From Azolla caroliniana (lineage: Eukaryota > Plantae > Polypodiophyta): a stretch of DNA of 64,000 bases. This document shows positions 52,431 through 63,048 of this stretch, one piece after another; position 1 is the first letter of the stretch; each line of letters begins with the position of its first letter. A program made the translations under genes and the position numbers. Under the pieces are notes generated by a model. That model saw only the letters and a program-made list of their open reading frames with translations. It did no database searches and was not told where the DNA came from. The stretch lies in assembly GCA_043228905.1 (NCBI GenBank), contig JBHGNT010000011.1:1674001-1738000 (forward strand), in the 5' to 3' direction.

Positions 52431-53659
52431 CAGCAGGAAAGGAGCGGAGACCGCGACACCGAGTCGGTTGTCGAGTTCGACATCGGATCGGCTGAAGAAG
52501 CCGAGGGCGGACCCGCGGAAAAGTTCAGAAGCAGACAGAAGGGGAGCAACCGAAGGAGAGAGCCGAAGCCAACCACGCATGGGGAAGATGACGCCATCGA
52601 GGGCGAGAAGACCGAAGACGAGTTGGAGACAACCAACTCGGACGAGAGCAAAAACCGATCGGAGGTAGCCGAGTCGGTTTGGATGTTTGATTCGGACACG
52701 CTGAATCAACCGAGGCCCAAGCGGAAGAAAAGGCAGTAGGAGAAGCGTCAACACCGCAACAACAGAAGAGCTGATAAGGGCCGCATGAGCAGACAAGCCG
52801 ACCAGAAGGGTCGAAGCGCGCGGAGTCGAATAGGTCGAGGAGCGCGAGCGAGGCGAGAAGCCAGGAGGAACCGATGCTGTGAAGATCCCGACAAGCTCAA
52901 CATCGGCCGGATCGACTGAAGAAGCCCAGGACCCGATCGGTTAGGCCGAGTACATAAACCGGGAGGCCGTTAGGAATGATATTCTGTGAGGAATATATTT
53001 GGGAGTTAGTGTAGGAGCTCTTGATGAGCATTGAAGTACTGTCAGTACTTCGGTCAGTCCTTCTAGGACTTGTATAAAAGTGCTCACTGAGCACGTCTTA
53101 TGTACAAATTAAGTATTATTGTTGAATATAGTTTTTTGTGTTTCTCTCTCTGTCTCTCCTGTGTATACCGTGTAAGCTCAAGCTCTCCATTAAACCTGAG
53201 TTTCCTCTCTTCTGTTCGGTCTTCATACTTGCTTCCACATGTTTCTTTCTACACTAATCAAAACTCTCCAAATGAAGACCTTCGCTACAAGTGGCAATGT
53301 AGAATGCCAACTACATTTTAAGATCTCCCATAATTCATACCGAGATTTACTTTCCATTCTTGTTCATCCTTAGATGATAACCATAGAAGAGAATCAACAG
53401 AGCACTGATATGGGAGATTTGTGGTCGCTTTGTAAAAGTAGTGTTTGACCAGGTAGACACCAATGAACCCATGATTGCTCTTTTGTTGTAGAGGTAAAGG
53501 AGGTTACATCAATGTGTTATTTTGTAGTTGTTGCAAGATAACCCCATAATCAGGCAAGATGTGTAATAATTGTCACGTTGCCACGAAGTTACGCACGTGT
53601 GTGTGAAATAAGAGTGGAACCACTTGGGACTTGAACCAGAGCGATGGGTGACTCGGTGG

Positions 53660-54080
53660 GTCATCAGAGTCGAAAGTGGTCCGAGTCGAAAGTTCCTAGC
53701 AGTCGAAGGCTCATAAGAGTCAAAGGTTCTTTAGACTGGATGACTCATCAGAGTTGAACGCTCTCTAGAGTTGAAGATAAGGTAGCGTCGAAAGTAAGGC
53801 AGAATCGAAGATAAAGTCAGAGTCGAAAGATCCTCATACTAGAAGGCTTGTCTGAATCGAAGACTCTGCAAAGTCAAAGGGAAGACAGAGTAGAAAATAA
53901 GTCTAAGTCTAAGGTACTTGAGAGTTGAAAGCTCCTCAAATTGGAAGGCTCATTTGAGTGGAAGTCTTTGCAGAGATGAAAATAATCAAAGTCGAAGCCT
54001 CCTCAAACTTGAAGGCTCGTTATTGAAGGTAAGTCATAGTTGAAGGTAATGCAAAGCCGAAAGTTCTACAAAGTTGAAGG
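53660..54080. repeat. Degenerate ~15-20-bp array with (G)AGTCGAA(G/A) core
   Basis: More than 15 variants of AGTCGAA/AGTTGAA/AGTCAAA at short, regular spacing. Confidence 0.8.
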
Positions 54081-55705
54081 TATAATAATGAGCCAAACAA
54101 CAATTGATGCATGAGATTATGAATAAAACATTTGTTTAAACCCAAGAACATGTGATTAGGATTGGGGGAAATGAATACAACGGTGGTAATTTTTTGGCAT
54201 GGGATTGTATTGAAGTAGACCCAAAACAAAGACTATCTTGCAAAGTAAAACATCCTGATGGCAGAACTGAATTATAGCAGCATGGAGAAGTTGGGTAACG
54301 AAAAGTGTCTAGCGGCATGGCTCCTACTGCAGCCGGACTTGCCCATTTTCCTGTTGTCAAGAAACCTCTGCAAGACGTGCAAGGTGGGATTGGCATTGAG
54401 GGCCTCGCACTGGGTACTAACGGATGACATGGCCGGGGGCACCACAATAAAGCAAAGGCCATTGTCACGTTAATGTTGTTGTTGGGCATCAATTAATGGT
54501 TGGGATTGAGCATGGTTGATCTCCATTGGGGTACGGGGGTTGACCTCCATCTGGGTATGAGTATCATTGGAGGATGGCAACCGTGGTGTGGTTACCAAAT
54601 TGATATATATGGCCTTGCGATTGGAGAGTTGCGGGAGGAAGACTGAAATCCTCGAGTCCCGTGTTCCTCTTGACGAAGCTCAAAAAGACTATTATCACAT
54701 TGAACGGCTTGGGAGATTACCTGAGACAACAATGTGGGCTCCGGAAAGTTTAAGAGAAGAGTCTTGATATTGTTTCGGGGGCCTCGACGAAAATGGTCGT
54801 GTAAGGCTTGGTCATCCCAGCTGACATCGCATGCGATCTGACGAAACTCTAAAGCATAGACGAAGGCTGGACATGAGCCTTGTTGTAGGAATAGAGCTTT
54901 GTGAGAGCCGTTCATCGTCAGTCTATCTCTCCGAACGTGGCTTCAAGCTCCGCAAGGAAGGCAAGAAAGTTGTCTAAGAGTGGGGATGAGGTCTCGACTA
55001 ATGGCGCAAACCACGCTTGCATCGGTCCGGAGAGAAGGGTGCCAACAAGGTTGACCCGAGAAAAATCGCTAGCATAATGTTGGGGCTGTAAGCGGATGAT
55101 AAGTCGAACTTGATTGATGAAACCGCGAAGATGCGCCCACGAGCCGTTGAATTTGTCAGGTAGGCTGGCACTAGGTTCGAGGACATATGAATGGGAAGAG
55201 GAAGGGGTTGTGCTAGGTGCTGATGAGGGGTGTGGTTGGGCGGGTGGGGGGTTGTTGGATGTGCCACTTCACGAAGGATTTCATTTTCTAGTTAAAGTTG
55301 TTGCAAAGGTGTCATTACTTGGTTTAAGTTGTTGACAGAGTCGAACATGGTAGCAAGAAGGTGAACAAACTGTCATGGATGAGTAGACGAGGCTAGATAC
55401 TAAGAGAGAGAGAGAGCATAGACAAGAGAACAAGCAAGTGAGAGAGAAAATAGGTAAGAGAACAATAACTGAATTTATGCTTCCGTAACTTGTGGTGTTC
55501 ACCTTCATTAGAATCAAGGTGCACCTGAGTATTTATACAAGAATGAGGAGGTGTGCATGAACGCTAAGAATATTCTAGAAAATGCAAGAGGAGGCATGCA
55601 AGCTAGGAAACTTCTAGAGAATGTATGAAGATGCATTCTCTAGAAGTTTCGTGAAAGTTATAGTGATGAACCTACAATGTAAGAAGTTTTATACAATAAT
55701 GCATA

Positions 55706-55776
55706 GATAGATGTAGTTCAATTGGTAAGGTTTCCCAATAAGGCCAGAGGTCATGGGTTCAACCCCTACATTCCAC
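55706..55776 (+). promoter_or_regulatory. tRNA-derived module (Pol III A box and B box) in LTR, antisense
   Basis: A-box-like TAGTTCAATTGG 55714-55725 and B-box GGTTCAACCCC 55756-55766 at tRNA spacing; stems imperfect. Confidence 0.65.
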
Positions 55777-57087
55777 GGTAGCATCGTGTCTATTTTGGTG
55801 GCATTGACAAGTCCACGTTCTATTCTGGTGACATGTCGTAACTTATGCTTAACTACTGGACAAACCAACATATTTGAACCCCCAACCTCGTTTGAATGCT
55901 CCTTTATCCTTTGTTTTCTAATTTCATCGAAAAAACCAACAATTATATATTCTATGGCATTCAAAAACCAAAACGTCGGTCCTCTATTCACGTTGGTCTT
56001 AATCCTCCCAAGTAGAATTAAAAAACCAAAAGACGCATATCAATTGTAATAGAAACAATGGAAAGCAAAACATTAGACAATGGAGAAGTTGAGTAAAACA
56101 TCTTACCAAGCGAGGTTCTCGATTCCATGGCAATGACAGCTCAAGGCTTGAGCCACAGAGTATCCTTGATCCATCAAATGAAACACGACGATTCTCCACA
56201 AGGATGTTGTGGTCAAATCTGCGAAATCCTTAACCATTTTCTCGAGTTGTTTGAACCTGAAAGGTTGTAAAGAATAGTGTGCAGAAGCTTGTAGACAAAC
56301 CGGCTCAGCCATATTACAATAATAAAACAGAGAATGAAAACTTAGGAACAGAGAATACACAAGAGAGACAAAGAGAGCATAAAGCATAAACTCAATTCAA
56401 AATAGTAACACTTTGTACATAAAATGTGCTCGGCGAGCACTTTTATACAAGTCCTTACACTAACTTATAGAAGTACTGGCAAGTACTTCAATGCTCATAC
56501 GATCGACTGACACTGACTCCTAAAAATATGGCTACGTACTAGGCTAGATTTGTAGGCCCCTAATGGCCTACCGGTTCCAATCCGATCCGGTTGAGCTTGT
56601 CCGCTAAACACTCACCCTCAAGCTCAACTTGAGGTCGGATCATAGTATCTATGTCTGTGGTAGCGGGTCCTTGCCTCCGGCTCCACCTGGCGTCTTCCCG
56701 CCTTGATCGCACTCCTCGACCCGTTCGGTTCTGCTTTGCTCAACTCGTCCGGTTCCACGCTCCTCGACCTTCGCGGTCGGCTTGTCTACTCATGAGGCCC
56801 TTCTCAAATCCTTTGTTGATTGCGACTTTGGCGCTTCTCGACCTGTTGGTTCATCCGTGTCGGTGTCGACTTCTGTTGCCTCCTCGTCCATTTGGCATTC
56901 TATTGATTTGGCTCCTTCGAATCAAACTCCTCTTCAGAATCGACTGCCTCCGACTCATTCCAGCTCTTGTCCGAATTGGTTGTCTCCAATTCGTCCTCAA
57001 TCTTTAGGCCTTTTACCACATAGGACCACGTCTAGGTCTTGGCCTTCTCGTTTCAGTCGGCTCTGTCCTTCTTGACTTTGCCTCCGT

Positions 57088-58144
57088 TGTCGAGAAAATC
57101 CGTCACTATGTGCGGATCGTGAGGCGGAACTGCCGGGGTCCTGGACCGGAAGGATTCGAAGTTTGTACTAGCTTTAGTGAGAAAGTATTTAAGATAGATT
57201 GAGAGAGATTGATATGGAGAGAGAGAGATATAAAGATTGAACGCTTGACTTTAGATTTGAGAGACAAAATACATCACCATTAGGATAACTTGATTTATTA
57301 TTATTATTATTATTAATTTATTCCCAATTTCTTCATTAGTCCCCTCTTGCTTGATTCCTCCATTCTTTTATAAATGCCCCCATGCATATGATGCATGTGA
57401 GGGTGCAAGACATGCATCATATGCATGTGATGCATGTTTGCCATGTCACTCATCCAAGCTCTCACGTATGAGGTTTTACATATGAAAAGTACAATGATAA
57501 AAGTATAACTCTAAAGTCATGACTTAGCTTAGTGGTAAGTCATTTGGCCGTAAACACAAAAATTTACAAAGCTAGTCTTGTATTTACAAATGTTTAACTG
57601 CATATTACATCTTCAGTCGACCTCCAATGAACCAATGGAACCAATAGATGATTTTGTTCGTTTCACACCGAGAAACCTTCAAGACACCGTGCGTCGCGAT
57701 CCACCTATCTGATCGACCCGATCAATTTGTCCGCCCGGTCCCATCCAAAAAACCAATCAACTTGGCTGAATCCATTCATCAAAGAAATTTGATCACAACC
57801 ATTTATCCAAGTTATACAACCTAACCTTTCTATGCTCCAAACACATAGATTCAATATGTAGAGGTATGGTGTGCTTATATAATCTGGGATCTTGATTTGT
57901 CCTATCTATGTGGGATATCTCACAATTTTGTTTTTCTCTTCTTCTTCTCATACTTCACACTCACATAACTTGACTCTTGGTTGTTCGTTTCATATGTAGT
58001 AAAGCGCATTTAGAAGCTCTTGAAGACATCCATCTTTTCGTACCAAGACATTAAACTAATCTAAAATAGTATCTTCACTATTATTGTTTCATATCATGTG
58101 TGAAGAACCACACTCGATTTTGTACGTTTCATGCAATTTTCACA
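57088..58144. repeat. Solo LTR, 1057 bp, 4-bp TSD
   Basis: TG...CA flanked by CCGT/CTGT. Removing it restores the copia tail. Homologous, in inverted orientation, to 60686-61738. Confidence 0.82.
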
Positions 58145-59278
58145 CTGTTGCCGAAAATCTTCACGACACTGTCACCACTTGTTCCGACTTTATCAGATGT
58201 GCTGACTTCTTCAGTCGACTCGGCTTCCTTTTTCTTCTCGTCTCCCCCTGTTTTCCCGGTTTCCATTTCGGTTCTCCTCGTATCAGTACCGGTTCTCCCC
58301 CTCAAGTGCGGCATGTCGAGATGCTGAAGACGAAGCATATGTGAAAAATGTTGCAACTTGTTGGTCCCAAGTGCCTTCGTGAAGATGTCGGCAACCTGCC
58401 GATCCGTTCGGACATACCAGAGTTTTACTTCACCGTTGAGGACCCGCTCGCGCACAAAGTGGTAATGCACTTCTATGTGCTTCGTACGAGCATGCAACAC
58501 AGGGTTCTTGGCTAGCTGCATGTTGCTCATGTTGTCATAGTAGATCGGGATTGGAGTCGGAACTTCGATCCGGAGGTCTTGCAACAGTCGCCGAAGCCAG
58601 ATGGCTTTAGAGGTGGCAATGGTAGCTCCCCAATATTGAGCCGCAGTGCTCGAAAGAGCCACGGTTGGCTGCTTTTTGCTACTCCACGCAATAGTCGCAA
58701 TACCAATAGAGAACATGAATCCGAAAGTGGACCGTCGATCTAACGCATCTCCGGCCCAGTCAACATTAGTATATCCGACTAGCTTCTCGGTTATACTATG
58801 TTGATATAACAGTCCCTAGTCCTTAGTTCCGCTAACATGCCGCAGTATTCGGTGCGTGCACTAAAGGTGCTCCATGGTCAGCTTTTGCATAAACTGACTG
58901 ATCACTCCGACTGAATAGTTAATGTCGGATCGGGTGATCGTTAAATAAATGAGGCTTCTGACAATTTGTCAAAACCGTTTCTCATCACACGTCGGTCCAG
59001 ATTCGGGATGAAGCTTTAGGTTCTGGTCTAGGGGTGTGGAGACTGGTTGGCAATCCGTCATGCTAAACTTGTATGGCATATTCAACACATAGTCGTTGTG
59101 AGAGCAATATGCCATCGGGGGTGTGGATCACTTCGATCCCAAGGAAGTAATGAAGGTCCCCTAGGTCCTTCATTTCGAATGCGTCCAATAGTTGGGACTT
59201 CACTCGGCCGATTTCAGCAAGTCCAAGTCTAGTGATGACTACATCATCTACATATAACAAGATACATACCGAACTGTT

Positions 59279-59610
59279 TGTTACCTGTAGTAGTTGTACG
59301 GGGCGGTATAAGGGTAAAACACGTTAAAGGGGTTGTTCGGTATGTGTAATGTATATGTGTGAAGATGAGTATGTGTGAGCACATGCACAATTATGTGCAT
59401 GTGCCAAGAATGTAATGGTCTCTTTTTGTAACGAAAATATTATTTACCGTTACATTATGTATTATATAAACCCCTTATGGGGCATGTAATGAATATAGTT
59501 TTTTCCCCTCTCATTTGGTGTCATTTCCTATTTTTCTCTCTCTTGCTCTGTCTTTCCCCCCTAGGAGGGGGGGTAAAGCCATTCTAGGTTTCACCCCCCA
59601 CCCAACAACA
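59279..59610. repeat. Solo LTR, 332 bp
   Basis: TGTTACC...CAACAACA flanked by CTGTT/TCGTT, both one C>T change from CCGTT. Interrupts RT. Confidence 0.8.
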
Positions 59611-60685
59611 TCGTTCGGACCATTCTAGATGAACACTGAAGAATCCGACTTCGAGCTTGCAAACCCCAGCTTATGCAATCAGTGCATGATCTTCGAATTC
59701 CAAGCACGGGGGGCTTGCTTCAGACCGTAAAGGGACTTCTTGAGCTGGCACACTACCGACTTGTTCATCTCCAACTAAAAACCGAGGGGTTGGATCATGT
59801 AGATTTGTTCTTCAAGGTCTCCTTGAAGGAACACATTCTTCACGTCCATTTGGTGAACTGTCATCCTCTTGCCGTAGCAACCGCTAGCACCACACGAACC
59901 GTTGTCATCTTTGCTACCAGAGCGAAGGTCTCATCGTAATCGATTCTGTGGGTCTGCGCGTACCCTTTGGCCACCAATTGGGCCTTGTATCGGTTGACCG
60001 GACCTTCAGCATTACACTTTACCTTTTACACCCACTTGAAACCGATCGGTTTGCAATGTCAAGGAGGTTCAACCAAGTCCCATGTGTCATTGGCATCAAG
60101 TGCTCACATCTCTTCCTTCATAGCGGCATGCTAATGTGCGTCCTTTACCGCTTCTGCATAGCTCTCCGACACACGCACCTCCGCCACTTTCATCATGTAC
60201 GCATAGTGATACGCCATGTGTTCATTATATCCGTACCTTTTTAAGGGGTTCTTCTGGTGGGTCAATTGGCGTAACTTCGTGTTCGCCAATTGCAAGGCCC
60301 TTTTGGTCGGCTTGGACTTTGTTCCTGAAGGTCTGTCTTTGTTCTTTCCGGAGTCGGATTTGCTCCCCCTTTGCTCCGATCCGACTCATCTCTACAGGTA
60401 GCATATTCCAGCATCTTCTTCTTCCTTTTTTCCTTGCGTGTGAACCGTCTCCTCGGTTCCTTATGCGGGGAGAGCACAACCGAGTCTTTGCTGCTTGTCG
60501 GCTCGTCATCTAACTGGTCATTCCGACTTAATCTCTCATTCGGCCCACTTAGCCGGAATGAGATCAGACTCTCATCTAGAGTACCAAATCTGTCTTCATC
60601 TTCTGCCTGGATCGTTTCGGGCTCACTGTCCTCATCCTTCGGAATCGGTTCGTAGTCGGACATTGTAGTCGGTAGAGAGTACCAT

Positions 60686-61738
60686 TGTCGTGTGGTTTTC
60701 ACACACGATATGAAAATTAGTAAAATAAGTATTTAAAATTAGCTTAATGGATTGATATAGGAAGATAGATATCTTCAAGAGCTTCATAATGCATTTTTCC
60801 ACGCATTAAACGAATAAATAAGTATCAAGTTATGTGAGTGTGAAGTTTGAGAAGATTGGGAAAAACAAAACTGTGAGATATCCCACATAGATATGACAAC
60901 ATTGGATCCCATATTATATAAGGAGAGTCAGAATTACTTTATGTCTATGTGTGAAGCACAGAATGTTCAAGGTGACTTGGGCTAAACTATGTGGATAAAC
61001 GGCTCAAATGATTTTGGGTCACGACGTACGGCTCGGTCGATATGCGCGCATGTATGCGGACGAGTGCGTGGATGCGTACACGACGCGGTTGGGACATGCG
61101 TGTGCGCGGACGAGCGCACGGATGCGTACACGACGCGGTTGGGACACGTGTGTGTGTGGATGAGTGCGTGGATGCGTACACGGCGCGGTCAGGACATGCG
61201 CGCGCGGTCGCGTCTATGGTTTGGTTGCGACGCACATACAGATTACGCATGGGCTGAACTTTATGGATGGTTGTGGATCATGTGACTGAATTATACAAAC
61301 GGTCGGATGCAACTAAAAGTAAAGGCGAAGCAACTAAAAAAGGAGGCCATGCAACTAAAAATAAAGGCCAAGCAATTAAAAGCCATGCAACTAAAAGTGG
61401 GGGAGGGAAAGGAACATGAAAGGAGGGATCAACAAAGAAACCCATATAAATTTCCATTGTTTTTCCGACACTCAGGCGCTCTCCATTTTATTTTTATTTT
61501 CCTTCTCTCCCTTATCTTACAAAGCCATAAGACTCAAAATTCCTAATTTTCCCTACGGAAGCCACACCTCTCAAAACCCCTAATTTTTCTTTTCTATTAA
61601 TCTCCCAATCTTGGGACATATTGTAATTTTTCTCTTTCTTTACTAATAAAATTTATCAAACTTTGTCATATCAATTAATTCTTAATACAAAAACGCACGA
61701 ATTTGATATTCTCTGGTAGTAAGCCTCGGGGCCCAACA
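60686..61738. repeat. Solo LTR, 1053 bp, 4-bp TSD
   Basis: TG...CA flanked by a perfect CCAT. Removing it restores DESASWYSLP. Contains CpG-rich ~52-bp repeats at 61040-61210. Confidence 0.88.
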
Positions 61739-62599
61739 CCATGATGCCGACTCATCAAATTCGACATCTCGGCTCACACGAACTTGTTTTGTTCGAGGGT
61801 TATAGCACTTATAACCCTTTTGCTCATGTGAGTAGCCGACAAGGATGCACTTCTCCGACTTTGGGGTCCAACTTTCTTCACTTCTCATCCGACACATGCA
61901 CATATGCAATGCTACTGAATATCTTAAGGTGCCTTAAATTCGGCTTCCACCCGAAATACAACTCGTGTGCTGACACCTTATTCCCGATTCGGTTTTGGAT
62001 GTAGACGGCCGTCGAAACCGCTTCGGCCCAGTAGAACTTGGGCATGGTCTTCTCTTTCAGCATCGCCCGTGCCGCCTCCACAATTGACCTAATCTTCCTT
62101 TCGGCCACACCGTTTTGTTTTGGTGTGTATCGGCAGTTGAATTCTCTTCAAATTCCCTTCTACTACAGATAACTGTTGAATTGGCCGGAAAAAAATTCTT
62201 TTTCGCCATCCGACCGCAAGCACTTGATCCTCCTCTCTGTTTCCCTTGCCACAAGACTTTGCAGGTTCCAGAAACATTCGAAGACTTCACTTTTCTTCTC
62301 TATGAGGTAGATCCATGTGTGGCGGTTGTAATCGTCGATGAAGGAGACGAAATATCAGCTCCCGCGAAGACTAATATTCTGTGTCGGTCCCCATACATCC
62401 GAATGTATTAGATTGAGCTTGTTACGGCTCCGGTTTCTTTCCGTGGGGAATGAAAGTCGGTGTTGCTTCTCGACCTAGCAAGCAAGCCTCACAAATTTGG
62501 GCCTTCCGGCCACTTAACTTCGACAATGCGAAAACAACCTGTTTTGATTACAGGCTTGAAGCCTCTAGTAATTGACGCGGCCAATCCACTTGTACCACA

Positions 62600-62725
62600 T
62601 GTCAGGAATAGTACTAAAACAGAGAGAGAATTAGTACTAGAGAAGGGAAGTACTATTAGTACTAAGAGGACGGGACTGCATAAGACTCCCGAGAGAGAGA
62701 TGGCGAGGACGAGAGAGAACTCCCA

Positions 62726-62756
<31 letters not shown>

Positions 62757-63048
62757 GATAACAGATGATATATTATGTGAAGGGTAAGTACAAAAGGGCT
62801 ATGAGGCTTAAGACTGGCGTTGAACCAATTTGATTCAAAATAATGCCTAGTGCCTTCTTTTATAGTGTTCTTAGGAGTAATCTTGAAGCTTCTAGAATGT
62901 TCTAGAGAAATCTGGAATATACATTAATTTCATATAATAAAATTTAAATGAAAGTAATATCCTACGTATTACAATAGATGGTATAATGGTCAAGAGCTTG
63001 ACCCATATAACATAAGGTCATGGGTTCGAGTCTTGCCATATCATGACA
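62600..63048 (-). repeat. Solo LTR, 449 bp, with terminal tRNA-derived module
   Basis: TGTCA...TGACA with perfect TSD CCACA; TATAAAA and CT-rich tract on the minus strand. Confidence 0.9.
62973..63042 (+). promoter_or_regulatory. tRNA-derived module (Pol III A box and B box) in solo LTR, antisense
   Basis: A-box-like TGGTATAATGG ~62978-62989 and B-box GGTTCGAGTCT 63023-63033. Shares ATAGATG...AGGTCATGGGTTC with 55706-55760. Confidence 0.65.

Larger units (their letters stand above)
47673..53253 (+). mobile_element. Near-complete Ty1/copia element, family A copy 2
   Basis: Perfect TSD CTAAT (47668-47672 and 53254-53258). 5' LTR 47673-48044, PBS TGGTATCAGAGC 48045-48056, 3' LTR 52890-53253 (first 8 bp and PPT missing). 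About 10 mismatches in 364 bp between the LTRs by manual count. Confidence 0.97.
53571..55833 (-). mobile_element. Gag-only Ty3/gypsy derivative with tRNA-like terminal modules
   Basis: LTR-like 55330-55833 (TGTCA start, TATAAATA, CT-rich). Gag ~54330-55285 (LPDKFNG, FINQVRLII, YALEFRQIACDVSWDDQAL, PMEI, YCGAPGH), no pol. AGTCGAA repeats at 53660-54070; left end TGTCACG; no TSD. Confidence 0.72.

Noticed and set aside
48488-52796. Long antisense and alternative-frame ORFs over the copia (e.g. 49137-49928, 48574-49209, 48688-49086)
   Set aside because: Expected by-products of GC-rich coding sequence. They have no recognisable motifs, and their recurrence in sister copies reflects DNA homology only.
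55834-56265. Possible host exon(s) on the minus strand (donor GTAAGA near 56105)
   Set aside because: No recognisable protein similarity in any frame, and it is flanked by transposons on both sides.
55706-63042. Functional tRNA genes at 55706 and 62973
   Set aside because: The acceptor and anticodon stems do not pair properly and both lie inside LTRs, so they are reported only as tRNA-derived modules.
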